Assembly (NCBI GenBank): GCA_946616795.1
Contig: CAMOJU010000003.1
Coordinates: 758 to 64,757 of the forward strand
Length of the DNA: 64,000 bases
Reading direction: 5' to 3'
Origin: an uncultured Lachnospiraceae bacterium
GTDB taxonomy: Bacteria > Bacillota > Clostridia > Lachnospirales > Lachnospiraceae
Shown one piece after another: positions 52,601 to 61,964 of the stretch (positions within the stretch are counted from its first letter, which is position 1; every line of letters starts with the position of its first letter). The notes beneath the pieces are model-generated. The model made no database searches, was not told the DNA's origin, and saw nothing but the letters and a program-made list of their open reading frames with translations. The position numbers and the translations under genes are program-made.

Positions 52601-55568
52601 TACATTTACAGGCTGGAATACCAAGGCTGACGGAACAGGCACATCGTATGCTCCCGGAGCCAGCGTAAGTAATCTTACATCGACCCAGGGGGCGACGGTA
52701 ACACTTTATGCTCAGTGGTCAAAAGGTTCATACACGATTGTTTTCAATGCCAATAATGGAACAGGAACCATGAACAATCAGGTATGTGCATTTGACGAAG
52801 AAATAACACTGTCGGCAAATACATATACGAGAACAGGATATACGTTTGCCGGATGGAATACACAATCAAATGGCAATGGAACATCATATGCTGACAAGGC
52901 AAGTGTAAAGAACCTTGCTGCAAGTGGATCAATAACGTTATATGCACAGTGGACACCGATTACGTATACAATTGCATTTGACGGAAATGGTGGAACAGGT
53001 ACGATGAGTTCCGTTTCATGTACTTACGATAGTGCTAAAACTCTTCCGACATGTACATTTACAAAGACAGGATATTCATTTTATGGTTGGAATACAAAAG
53101 CAGATGGAACAGGTATATCATATGCAGATAAGGCAAGTATAACTAATCTGACATCAACCCAGGGAGCAACGGTTACGCTTTATGCAAAATGGAAGGCCAA
53201 TACATACACGGTAGCATTTAACAGTAATGGTGGAACCGGCACGATGTCATCAATGACAGGTTGTACCTATGACAATGCTTATTATTTAACTGATAATAAA
53301 TTTAAGCTTACAGGTTATATGTTTGCAGGCTGGAATACGAAAGCCGATGGAACGGGTACATCATACGCAGACTGTGCAACTGTGGCAAATCTGGCAACAA
53401 GCGGAACGGTTACATTGTATGCCCAATGGACACCGATTACATATACAATTGCATTTGACGGAAATGGTGGAACAGGTACATCAGCATCGATGACACAGTG
53501 TTCATATGATAATTCGATTGTTCTGACGGCTAACGGATTTACGAAGGAAGGATACACCTTTACAGGATGGAATACATCTTCTGACGGAAAAGGTGTGGCC
53601 TATGCTGACGGGGCATCAGTAAAGAATATGTCATCTGTACAGGGTGCGACGATCACCTTGTATGCACAGTGGAAGGCAAACAAATATACAGTTGTCTTTG
53701 ATGCAAATAGCGGAACAGGAACAATGAATTCCCTTGAATGTACTTATGGTACATCATCAATTCTTCCTCAGTGTTTGTTTACGAAACAAGGATATACTTT
53801 TGCCGGATGGAATACGGAGCCGGATGGTACAGGTATTAACTACGGAGATAAGGCTGATGTGCTGAATCTTGCCACAGAAGGTAATATCACACTTTATGCT
53901 ATGTGGGAAGGCATGCCGGTGACAGTTACGCTCTGTGCTAATGGCGGACAGTTTGATGACGGAAATACTGATAAACAGATAACAGTTTATTATAACGGAA
54001 AATATACATCTCTTGTAACTCCCGAGAGAGCCGGATTCACTTTCGGTGGATGGTATGTTTCATTGGCAGGTGGAAATGAGATTACAACGAATACTCCTGT
54101 GACAAGCTGCGCAAGTCATAAACTGTACGCAAAGTGGATTGCGAATGATGGCTGGCATGTAAGTGGAAGAAGCAGTTATTATACAAGCGGTGGTAATCGT
54201 GTATATGGTCAGTACGATTTTAGTGAATCTGAAAGCTATTACTTCAACCCTTCAACCGGTCTCCTTATGACCGGTCTGATCAAGACTGCTGAAGGAACAT
54301 ATTACGGTGACTCATCCCAGGGCGGAAAACTCATTAAGGGTGAGAAGGTAATCGGATCAAATACGTATTTGTTTGCTGATGGTTACAGAATGGTGACAGG
54401 CTGGTATGATAATTGTTACTACGATGAGATAACCGGCGCCAGACAGACAGGATTTATTGAGATCGAAGGCAATACTTATTACCTGAACCCCGAAAAGGTA
54501 ACCGGCTGGCAGGATATAGATGGTGACAGATACTATTTTGACACAAACGGTATCATGGTCACAGGTCATCAGGCTGATATAAATGGTAAAGAGTATTACT
54601 TCACTGAAGACGGTCAGCTCATGACAGGCTGGATAGATACTGATGCCGGTGAGATATATGCTGTAGAAACGGATGATGTCCTGACGGGAGAAACTATCGG
54701 CGAGATTGTTAAAGACAGAGATCGTCTGATAGATGGAACGATGTATAAATTCAATGCTGACGGTTCTGTTTATGCACCGGAAGAACCCGGAGTAACGGAA
54801 ATAGGCGGTAAATATTATTTCTTTAATGCTGACGGAGTAGCAGTAAAGGGTTGGTATACATTTGATGATGGAAAGACATATTACTTTGGAAGCGACGGAG
54901 CAGCTCTTTTAGGTAATCAGGTAATAAATCTGAAAGCATATCAGTTTGATGCTGATGGCGTCCTCACAAATGAATACAAGCCGGGATCATCGACATTCTT
55001 TAACGATGAAGATGGCGATAAATATTACATAAACAAATATGGCAAGGCCGTAACCGGCTGGATATATTCAGGCAACAGCAAGTATTATATGAACACTGAG
55101 ACAGGTGCTGCTGTGAAGTATGCCTACAAGGTAGGACTCAAGGTTTACTACTTTGACGCAGAGTGCAGGCTGGTATCATCCGGTAATACTGTGCAGATCG
55201 GAAACACTACATATTCAATAAAGAATGACAGCAGCCTGAAGACCGGATGGGTCAGAACAGGTGGTATATGGCAGAGTATCCCTGAACCTGTAATGGGTAT
55301 ACCGGGAACAGTGACACAGCTTCCGCAGAGCACAGGATATATACCTGAACCAATGACATCAACCCAGGCACTTGCAGCTTGTCAGTCGGTATTCAACACA
55401 GAGAACTTTGAATCGGTATATGACGTCACATCAGATACAGCCGGTACAGACAGTGTGACAGATATTATTATGACAGTAGACTTTGAGCAGTTGCCTGTTT
55501 CTACAATGTTGGCGACACATGCAGATTACCATTGTTTATCGTCAAAAAACATGATGGCAAATTATTAA
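49671..55568 (+). CDS. P4: secreted papain-like (C1A) cysteine protease with lectin-like, Ig, InlB-B and cell-wall-binding repeats
   Basis: RNQYPYGTCW, NHAVTIVGW, WLIRNSW. GGAGG RBS and ATG at 49671 (track gives 49632). About eight YT(I/V)xFxxNGG repeats, YYF..GW repeats and a C-terminal tail. Confidence 0.9.
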   Translation: MNRTKSRKAGKRIFSIMLAVLLLFNYIPETVYAGTVNDGEDVSVSGNVANYDSVSSDDADETVSDNTYDESGDAAGDESDNIPDEPSSVSDNDSEYSENNDAEDTVSDNSVSDNDVDDYSQVPDFPTGGNNEIEDTIDIENVNVKPTNYVPNLRGSVLPVSYTTPNLPDLRNQYPYGTCWAHSAMALAEISLIKQEFVDPSVDLSELHLAYFSYNTVIDPLGGLDGDSNACLNDTFMDRGGNISLAENVLFSWTGAASEETAPYSNASSALVNGLSTGIAYTDLAHMTACYETTISTSQADINAVKQMVYDYGAVGISYYAVNSMSAVTSQNIYSTANNCYYNSGASGLTANHAVTIVGWDDSFAKENFATQPAGDGAWLIRNSWTTGTVYSYSGYFWMSYYEPSIDDDAVSYVFELENNYDNNYQYDGGMQSNSVPGTKFANVFTAHAEGGDLGETIEAIAFYTPTSNVTYTVNIYGDVTGTNPESGTLIATQTGTTTYAGYYTVKLKKPCTVEKNTKFSVVISLSKEGYTAEMGYEQPVSTSDWYQVTTHADAGESYIYNGSWRDFTNYYSNLTNSNLRIKAFTNNVQSGEIVAPESIEIDDEILSNGITLGVTQSYTVSAKVNPSNTTNRKLIWTSSDTSIATVANGVVTGVSSGTAVITVKCDADNTIYKTFSVTVDADTLISISVSADSQKFKRYSEYTFSASANPSTASLEGLTWSSSNTNVATIDSTGKVKTVGVGKTTITATCGNITGSKEITVYPDAPNFTYYTDDDNTIKLYWEAVDGATGYEINYNQKEISIVSEEGKTNYEYEINDYSGIEYSENNCVAITVYALVPSVDSTGTYGYGLTQYVYYGPTYTIIYDVGNGTNNANNPSTYKYGRPGISFQNPIAPKGYTFKRWYYIKNNTTYTITGISSTYYFDSSTKSLKVYAEYKPITYTIAFNNNGGTGTINSVSCTYDTAKTLPACTFTKNGYTFTGWNTKADGTGTSYAPGASVSNLTSTQGATVTLYAQWSKGSYTIVFNANNGTGTMNNQVCAFDEEITLSANTYTRTGYTFAGWNTQSNGNGTSYADKASVKNLAASGSITLYAQWTPITYTIAFDGNGGTGTMSSVSCTYDSAKTLPTCTFTKTGYSFYGWNTKADGTGISYADKASITNLTSTQGATVTLYAKWKANTYTVAFNSNGGTGTMSSMTGCTYDNAYYLTDNKFKLTGYMFAGWNTKADGTGTSYADCATVANLATSGTVTLYAQWTPITYTIAFDGNGGTGTSASMTQCSYDNSIVLTANGFTKEGYTFTGWNTSSDGKGVAYADGASVKNMSSVQGATITLYAQWKANKYTVVFDANSGTGTMNSLECTYGTSSILPQCLFTKQGYTFAGWNTEPDGTGINYGDKADVLNLATEGNITLYAMWEGMPVTVTLCANGGQFDDGNTDKQITVYYNGKYTSLVTPERAGFTFGGWYVSLAGGNEITTNTPVTSCASHKLYAKWIANDGWHVSGRSSYYTSGGNRVYGQYDFSESESYYFNPSTGLLMTGLIKTAEGTYYGDSSQGGKLIKGEKVIGSNTYLFADGYRMVTGWYDNCYYDEITGARQTGFIEIEGNTYYLNPEKVTGWQDIDGDRYYFDTNGIMVTGHQADINGKEYYFTEDGQLMTGWIDTDAGEIYAVETDDVLTGETIGEIVKDRDRLIDGTMYKFNADGSVYAPEEPGVTEIGGKYYFFNADGVAVKGWYTFDDGKTYYFGSDGAALLGNQVINLKAYQFDADGVLTNEYKPGSSTFFNDEDGDKYYINKYGKAVTGWIYSGNSKYYMNTETGAAVKYAYKVGLKVYYFDAECRLVSSGNTVQIGNTTYSIKNDSSLKTGWVRTGGIWQSIPEPVMGIPGTVTQLPQSTGYIPEPMTSTQALAACQSVFNTENFESVYDVTSDTAGTDSVTDIIMTVDFEQLPVSTMLATHADYHCLSSKNMMANY
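52965..53479 (+). repeat. 38-bp exact direct repeat within the P4 InlB-B repeats (period 477 bp)
   Basis: TATACAATTGCATTTGACGGAAATGGTGGAACAGGTAC at 52965-53002 and 53442-53479. Confidence 0.85.
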
Positions 55569-55584
55569 TCAAGGAGATAAAGAT

Positions 55585-56361
55585 ATGCAGGGTAGAATTC
55601 ATTCACTTGAGAGTTTTGGTACGGTGGACGGACCGGGAGTCAGATATGTAGTATTTGTACAGGGATGTCCAATGAGGTGTGCATACTGTCACAATCCCGA
55701 TACATGGGAGATGAATGCGGGCACACTTATGGAGCCTTCATATATCATAGAACAGTATGAGAGAAACAAAGGCTTTTACACAGATGGTGGTATCACTGTT
55801 ACAGGCGGCGAGCCACTTATGCAGATTGATTTCCTCATCGAGCTCTTTACTCTTGCGAAAGAAAAAGGCATCCATACGTGTATTGATACGTCAGGTATAG
55901 CATTTAATCCTAATAACGAGGAGTATGTAAAAAAGGTAGACAAGCTCCTGCCACTCACAAACCTCATTATGCTCGATATCAAGCATATCGACCCGGAGAA
56001 GCATAAAGAACTGACACAGCAGCCCAACGACGGAATACTTGCTTTTGCAAAATATATAGATGAAAAAGGCGTGGATATCTGGATCAGACATGTGGTGGTA
56101 CCCGGTATCACAGACGATGATGTATATCTTGAAAAACTCGGATACTTCATCGGCGGTCTTAAGAATCTGAAGGCTCTCGATGTATTGCCGTACCATACAA
56201 TGGGCAAGCCCAAGTATGAGAAGCTTGGCATAGAATACAAGCTAAAGGATGTGCCTGCCATGGACCAGAAGACCGTCATTGAGAAAAAGAAAGTGATCCT
56301 CAAGGGTATCAAAAAGAGAAGGAACGAGGACGGAACAGATCACTTTAATGAGGAAGGATAA
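55585..56361 (+). CDS. pflA: Pyruvate formate-lyase activating enzyme (radical SAM)
   Basis: HSLESFGTVDGPG, CPMRCAYCHNPD, GGITVTGGEPLMQ, LPYH. Confidence 0.95.
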   Translation: MQGRIHSLESFGTVDGPGVRYVVFVQGCPMRCAYCHNPDTWEMNAGTLMEPSYIIEQYERNKGFYTDGGITVTGGEPLMQIDFLIELFTLAKEKGIHTCIDTSGIAFNPNNEEYVKKVDKLLPLTNLIMLDIKHIDPEKHKELTQQPNDGILAFAKYIDEKGVDIWIRHVVVPGITDDDVYLEKLGYFIGGLKNLKALDVLPYHTMGKPKYEKLGIEYKLKDVPAMDQKTVIEKKKVILKGIKKRRNEDGTDHFNEEG

Positions 56362-56367
56362 TCAACA

Positions 56368-57258
56368 ATGGAAGACATCAGCAAGATAAATGAGAGAGTA
56401 ACCGGAAAGACAAGACTGCTGGCATTGATCGGATCGCCTGTCGGTCATTCCGGATCACCGTCTATGTATAATTACAGCTTTGCAAGGCTTGGACTTGATT
56501 ACATCTACACGGCATTTGATGTGAAGGAGGACGGCGTAAAGCAGTATATCGATGCCATGAGACTCCTCAATATGAAGGGCGGTAATGTCACCATGCCCGA
56601 CAAGATTGAAGCTGCAAAATATATGGATGAGCTTTCTCCCGCAGCAAAGATAATAGGTGCCATAAATACTATTGTCAATGATGACGGTAAGCTGACGGGT
56701 CATATCACAGACGGAGAGGGATTTGTAAACAACTTAAAGGATCACGGCGTCGATATTAAGGGTAAAAAGATAACGGTGGCAGGCGGAGGCGGCGCAGCTA
56801 CGGCAATACAGGTTCAGTGTGCCCTTGACGGTGTCAGGGAGATTTCTGTCTTTAACAAAAAGGACAGCTTCTTTGAGCGTACGCTGGCCATGGCAGATAA
56901 GATTAAAGACGCTGTGCCCGGCATAACAGTAAATGTATATGATATCGACGATACAGCAAAGATGACAGAGGAAATAAAGTCAAGTGACATATTTGTAAAT
57001 GCCACAATAGTCGGTATGAATCCAAATCTCGCCGACCAGAGCGTGGTAAAGGATCTGTCTGCATTCAGGGAAGGCCTCGTGGTATGTGATGCGGTATACA
57101 ATCCCGAAGAGACAAAACTTCTTAAAGAAGCAAAGGCAGCAGGCTGCACTACTATCGGCGGCAAGGGTATGCTCCTGTGGCAGGGTGTATCGGCATTTAA
57201 GCTCTTTACGGGAGAGGATATGCCGGTGGATGAGGTAAAAGCGAAATTTTACTCATAA
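56368..57258 (+). CDS. aroE: Shikimate/quinate dehydrogenase
   Basis: GSPVGHSGSP, NVTMPDK, GAINT, TDGEGF, GGGGAA, GMLLWQG. The YdiB-like clade cannot be excluded. Confidence 0.9.
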   Translation: MEDISKINERVTGKTRLLALIGSPVGHSGSPSMYNYSFARLGLDYIYTAFDVKEDGVKQYIDAMRLLNMKGGNVTMPDKIEAAKYMDELSPAAKIIGAINTIVNDDGKLTGHITDGEGFVNNLKDHGVDIKGKKITVAGGGGAATAIQVQCALDGVREISVFNKKDSFFERTLAMADKIKDAVPGITVNVYDIDDTAKMTEEIKSSDIFVNATIVGMNPNLADQSVVKDLSAFREGLVVCDAVYNPEETKLLKEAKAAGCTTIGGKGMLLWQGVSAFKLFTGEDMPVDEVKAKFYS

Positions 57259-57307
57259 TGCACGCTGTAAAAATTTGATATGTAATCTGAAGAAGGATTT
57301 TGAATAA

Positions 57308-57808
57308 ATGAAAAATATTTTTTTTGTCGGCTTTATGGGAGCCGGAAAGAGTACGGTTGCGAGAAATCTCCAGAAGAGACTCAAGATGAATCTGGTCGAG
57401 ATGGATGAACGCATAGAAAAAGAGCAGGGAATGACAATACCCGAAATATTTGAAAAGTACGGCGAGAGCAGATTCCGTGATCTTGAGAGCGAGCTTATCC
57501 TGACCATAGGTAAGGAGGGCAACACGATAGTTTCCTGCGGAGGAGGCGTAGTCGTTCGTCCCGAGAATATTGAATATATGAAGAAAAACGGAATGGTCAT
57601 ATTTTTGTCCGCAAAGCCTGAGACTGTGTTTTACAGGGTTAAGGACAGCACAAACCGTCCGATTCTTAACGGTAATATGAATGTGGAATATATCGGCGAG
57701 CTCATGGAAAAGAGACGGGCTCTTTACGAGGCTGCGGCAGATGTGAAGATCTCCACCGACGGCAAAAGTATAGATGAGATAACAGATGAGGTCATTATTG
57801 CAATCTGA
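57308..57808 (+). CDS. aroK: Shikimate kinase
   Basis: GFMGAGKST P-loop, CGGG, RPIL. Confidence 0.92.
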   Translation: MKNIFFVGFMGAGKSTVARNLQKRLKMNLVEMDERIEKEQGMTIPEIFEKYGESRFRDLESELILTIGKEGNTIVSCGGGVVVRPENIEYMKKNGMVIFLSAKPETVFYRVKDSTNRPILNGNMNVEYIGELMEKRRALYEAAADVKISTDGKSIDEITDEVIIAI

Positions 57809-57837
57809 TCAAAATTTCTTTCGATTTTTTCCCGGAT

Positions 57838-57863
57838 AAGGACGGTTAATATCCGTCCTTTTT
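57838..57863 (+). terminator. Intrinsic terminator
   Basis: AAGGACGG-TTAATAT-CCGTCCTTTTT. Confidence 0.8.
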
Positions 57864-58032
57864 AGTACCATAAAAGTGTAGTTGTTAGAGAGTAATTACC
57901 TCTGACATCTGCACTTATTTTTTTGTGGAAAAAACAGAAAGCATGTAATATTACATAAAATAATCATCTTGCACAAATTGTAATTAAATTTTCGGTCATT
58001 TCGACAAAATATACAATAAAACAATTTTCTCT

Positions 58033-58061
58033 TTGACAGTTTTTTGTGTGAAAGTTATACT
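58033..58061 (+). promoter_or_regulatory. Sigma-A promoter of the mannan locus
   Basis: TTGACA-N17-TATACT. Confidence 0.75.
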
Positions 58062-58149
58062 TAAAATGTAAGTTACCGATTAAGTAAAAACGATAATCGA
58101 TCTAAAACATGCATAAAAAACCATAAATCAAAGTGAAAGGATACCGAAA

Positions 58150-59169
58150 ATGGCTAAATTTATCAATGTTGACTCACTTCCCAATATTCCCTGGCAGGAA
58201 AAGCCCGAAGGATTAAAAGGCGCTCCCGTATGGAGATATACCGAAAACCCGATCATAGACCGTAATCCGGTAGAAGGCGTAGCGAGAATATTTAACTCGG
58301 CGGTAATGCCTTATGAGGGTAAATTTATCGGTGTATTCAGGGGAGAGCAGACAAACGGTATCCCATATATATATCTTGGCAGATCTGAGGATGCGATCCA
58401 CTGGGAGTTTGATAAGGAGAAGATCCCCTTTACGGATGAGGCAGGCAAGCCTTTTATGCCGGTATATGCATACGATCCGAGACTCGTAAAGGTTGAGGAT
58501 ACATATTACATCATATGGTGCGGCGATTTCTACGGTGCGGCTATCGGTCTTGCCAAGACCAAGGATTTCAAGACATTTACCCGCATCGAGAACCCGTTTA
58601 TTCCTTTTAACAGAAATGCGGTATTGTTCCCGAGAAAGATAAACGGCAATTTCGTAATGCTTTCAAGACCTTCCGATTCGGGACATACACCCTTTGGAGA
58701 TATCTTCCTTTCAGAGTCTCCCGATATGACATACTGGGGCAAACACCGCCATGTGATGAGCAAGGGCTCTGAGTGGTGGGAGTCAGTCAAGATAGGCGGC
58801 GGTGCAGCTCCCATCGAGACAGATGAAGGATGGCTCCTTTTCTATCACGGAGTGTCAGGCACCTGCAATGGATTTGTATATTCAATAGGAGGCGCGATCC
58901 TCGATATCGACAACCCTTCAATAGTTAAATACCGTTGCCAGAACTTCCTCTTAACTCCGGAGCAGTGGTTTGAGGAGAGAGGATTCGTACCTAATGTATG
59001 CTTCCCCTGCGCGACTCTTCAGGACAATGACACAGGCAGGATCGCCATCTACTACGGAGCTGCAGACAGCTATGTAGGTCTGGCATTTACAAAGCTTGAC
59101 GAGGTGGTTGATTACATCAAGAAAAACAGTGTGGTCACGACTACCGATACGGAGATCGGCATCCGTTAA
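58150..59169 (+). CDS. GH130 beta-1,4-mannooligosaccharide phosphorylase (GH130_2 type)
   Basis: IPWQEKP, RIFNSAV, YDPR, NRNAVLFP, KIGGGAAP, VPNVCFP. Confidence 0.9.
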   Translation: MAKFINVDSLPNIPWQEKPEGLKGAPVWRYTENPIIDRNPVEGVARIFNSAVMPYEGKFIGVFRGEQTNGIPYIYLGRSEDAIHWEFDKEKIPFTDEAGKPFMPVYAYDPRLVKVEDTYYIIWCGDFYGAAIGLAKTKDFKTFTRIENPFIPFNRNAVLFPRKINGNFVMLSRPSDSGHTPFGDIFLSESPDMTYWGKHRHVMSKGSEWWESVKIGGGAAPIETDEGWLLFYHGVSGTCNGFVYSIGGAILDIDNPSIVKYRCQNFLLTPEQWFEERGFVPNVCFPCATLQDNDTGRIAIYYGAADSYVGLAFTKLDEVVDYIKKNSVVTTTDTEIGIR

Positions 59170-59226
59170 TGATCGGCCGGGTATATGTAAAGACCCGGGT
59201 TATATAAAACATATCAGAAATGCAGG

Positions 59227-60414
59227 ATGAACATAATGGCAAAATTACACCCGAAATATATTGAATTATCAAAAAAATACGAAGACCTGATAACCAGAAA
59301 AAACGAGGTCGACGAGACATTTTATAACGGTATTTACGACAGATATAAATATCCGGTCCTCACAAGAGACCATATACCCCTCACATGGAAATATGATGTG
59401 AATCCGGCGACCAATCCCTATTTCATGGAGAGGCTCGGTGTCAACTGTGTATTTAACGCAGGTGCCATAGAGCTTAATGGCAAATATTATATAGTAGCCA
59501 GGGTTGAGGGCAACGACCGTAAATCATTTTTTGCGGTGGCAGAGTCTGACAGCCCGGTGGACGGTTTCAGGTTTACGGACTATCCCATACTGCTTGATGA
59601 TACATGCCCCGAGGAGACCAATGTGTATGATATGCGTCTCACAAAGCACGAGGACGGATATATATACGGAGTATTCTGCTCGGAGAGCAAGGATACGACG
59701 GTTAACGACCTCTCGGCAGCCGTGGCTGCAGCAGGTATAGTCAGGACAAAGGATTTAAAGACCTGGGAGAGACTCCCTAACTTAAAGACTTTAAATTCTC
59801 CCCAGCAGAGAAATGTAGTCCTCCATCCCGAGTTTGTAAACGGCAAATATGCTTTTTACACAAGGCCCATGGATGATTTCATAGATACCGGTTCGGGCGG
59901 AGGCATCGGATTTGGCCTTTGTGACGATATTATGAATCCCGTAATCGATGAGGAGATCATCACTTCAAAGAGAAAATACCACACCATCACTGAGAGCAAA
60001 AACGGTGCCGGTGCGGTCCCTATAAAGACAGACAAAGGCTGGATACATATCGCACACGGTGTGCGCAATACAGCGGCAGGCCTTAGGTATGTTATCTATG
60101 CCTTTGTCACCTCCCTAAATGACCCGTCAAAGGTAATAGCCGAGCCCGGAGGCTTCCTCATAGCTCCCCTTAAGGGCGAGAGAGTGGGAGATGTATCGAA
60201 TGTGGTATTTACAAACGGCGCGATTGCTAAAGAAAACGGCGAGGTCTACATCTACTATGCTTCATCGGATACGAGGCTCCATGTGGCAAAGACGTCTGTG
60301 GACAGGCTCCTTGATTATGCATTCAATACGCCTGAGGACCCCTTAAGGAGTGTAGAGTGTGTGGCACAACGCACAGAATTGATCAGAAAAAATCTGACAT
60401 ATTTACAACAGTAG
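59227..60414 (+). CDS. GH130 4-O-beta-D-mannosyl-D-glucose phosphorylase (GH130_1 type)
   Basis: [37 protein letters not shown]. Confidence 0.9.
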   Translation: MNIMAKLHPKYIELSKKYEDLITRKNEVDETFYNGIYDRYKYPVLTRDHIPLTWKYDVNPATNPYFMERLGVNCVFNAGAIELNGKYYIVARVEGNDRKSFFAVAESDSPVDGFRFTDYPILLDDTCPEETNVYDMRLTKHEDGYIYGVFCSESKDTTVNDLSAAVAAAGIVRTKDLKTWERLPNLKTLNSPQQRNVVLHPEFVNGKYAFYTRPMDDFIDTGSGGGIGFGLCDDIMNPVIDEEIITSKRKYHTITESKNGAGAVPIKTDKGWIHIAHGVRNTAAGLRYVIYAFVTSLNDPSKVIAEPGGFLIAPLKGERVGDVSNVVFTNGAIAKENGEVYIYYASSDTRLHVAKTSVDRLLDYAFNTPEDPLRSVECVAQRTELIRKNLTYLQQ

Positions 60415-60455
60415 TTTTATTGTAATAACAGGCCGGCATAAGTTAAAATTAAAGA

Positions 60456-61949
60456 ATGAGTAAACGATTAATTAAAATCACATTAACAGCAATTTTGACA
60501 GTGCTTCTGTGCTCCTGCGGAAAAGATAAGGCGGACAAAATCGTGAATACATACAACTGGGAAGAAGCAGATGTCTATGAGGCAGAAGACGGAGTATTAT
60601 TCGGAAACTGCAAGGTCGCAAATACCGCATCCGGATTTGGCGGAACAGGTTATGTGGAAGGCTTTACCGATGACGGAGACAGTGTGACCGTAACCATAGA
60701 GATTTCAGAGGACGGATTCTACGATCTCGATTTTGTATCGGCATCAAGCGGTGGAGATTATAAGGAAAACAATGTGACGGTAGACGGAGAGAGCGTAGGC
60801 GTTACAAGCGTCCAGAGCAGTACGTTTACAGATTCCATACTTGAGCGTATCTACTTAACAGCCGGCACCCATGAGATAAACATTAGTAAATACTGGGGCT
60901 GGATCATGCTTGATGAGATAAAAGTAAAACATTCCGATGATATAGATCCTTCTATATATGAAGTAAACAGGACGCTCTGCAATCCGAATGCTACTGAGGA
61001 GGCTCAGAGATTATACAGCTACATGTGCGATATGTACGGCAACCATATAATCTCAGGTCAGGTTTCGGATGGTATGTACGGACTGGAAAATACCTCTATA
61101 TACAACGAGACCGGCGAGTATCCCGCGATCCTCGGACTCGACATGATGGAGTACTCTCCGTCAAGAGTAGCCCACGGAAGTGTGGGCAATTCCGTTGAAT
61201 CTGCCATAGGATACTGGAACCAGGGCGGCATCGTTGCGTACTGCTGGCACTGGAATGCGCCGGAAAAATATCTGTCCGGTGTATGGTACAGCGGATTCTA
61301 CACAGAGCATACAAATATAGATCTGGCCAAGATACTTAACGGCCAGGATGATGAGGGATATGAACTCCTCATGCAGGATATAGATGCCATCGCGACCCAG
61401 CTTAAAATCCTTCAGGATGCGGGAGTCCCCATTCTCTGGAGACCGCTTCATGAAGCCAGCGGCGGATGGTTCTGGTGGGGTGCATCGGGACCTGATGCAT
61501 ACAAGCAGCTCTACATACTGCTCTACGACAAGCTGACCAATGAATACGGATTAAACAATCTCATATGGGTTTGGAACGGCCAGTCGGCTGACTGGTATCC
61601 CGGTGATGAGTATGTGGATATCATCGGATGGGATATATACCCGGGTGAGCATGTATATACAGCCCAGACCAATACATTCTTAGAGGCTGCATCGATATCG
61701 GAGGACCACAAGATGATAGTCCTTTCGGAGAACGGATGTCTCTTTGATCCGGATCTGGCATTCAGGGACGGAGCGACATGGGGCTACTTCTGTACATGGT
61801 GCGGTGAGTTTGTTCTTAAGTCAGATGGCTTCAATACATACGGTGAAAAGTATACGGAGAAGGATATGCTCATGAAGGTATACAGAGATGAGAGGGTTAT
61901 AACCCGCGACGATCTCCCCGACCTTACGACATATCCGATAAACAAGTAA
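60456..61949 (+). CDS. Lipoprotein GH26 endo-beta-mannanase with CBM35-like domain
   Basis: Lipobox LCSC, YEAED CBM start, RPLHEASGGWFWWG, SENG. Confidence 0.9.
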   Translation: MSKRLIKITLTAILTVLLCSCGKDKADKIVNTYNWEEADVYEAEDGVLFGNCKVANTASGFGGTGYVEGFTDDGDSVTVTIEISEDGFYDLDFVSASSGGDYKENNVTVDGESVGVTSVQSSTFTDSILERIYLTAGTHEINISKYWGWIMLDEIKVKHSDDIDPSIYEVNRTLCNPNATEEAQRLYSYMCDMYGNHIISGQVSDGMYGLENTSIYNETGEYPAILGLDMMEYSPSRVAHGSVGNSVESAIGYWNQGGIVAYCWHWNAPEKYLSGVWYSGFYTEHTNIDLAKILNGQDDEGYELLMQDIDAIATQLKILQDAGVPILWRPLHEASGGWFWWGASGPDAYKQLYILLYDKLTNEYGLNNLIWVWNGQSADWYPGDEYVDIIGWDIYPGEHVYTAQTNTFLEAASISEDHKMIVLSENGCLFDPDLAFRDGATWGYFCTWCGEFVLKSDGFNTYGEKYTEKDMLMKVYRDERVITRDDLPDLTTYPINK

Positions 61950-61964
61950 ACAGGTGGTGATGAG

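Noticed and set aside
19355-55333. Many 60-200-aa antisense or alternate-frame ORFs inside P1-P4 and other genes
   Set aside because: They are shadow ORFs of long, codon-biased genes, with no RBS or family motifs noticed.
55318-55340. LPQSTG in the P4 tail as a sortase motif
   Set aside because: It is not LPxTG spacing and is not followed by a TM helix and basic tail.
9480-55584. Prophage, ICE or IS-bounded island
   Set aside because: No integrase, transposase, relaxase, phage structural genes or flanking direct repeats were recognised.
58068-58105. LacI-type operator before the mannan locus (ACCGATT / AATCGAT)
   Set aside because: Only weak partial symmetry, and no regulator gene is visible in the window.
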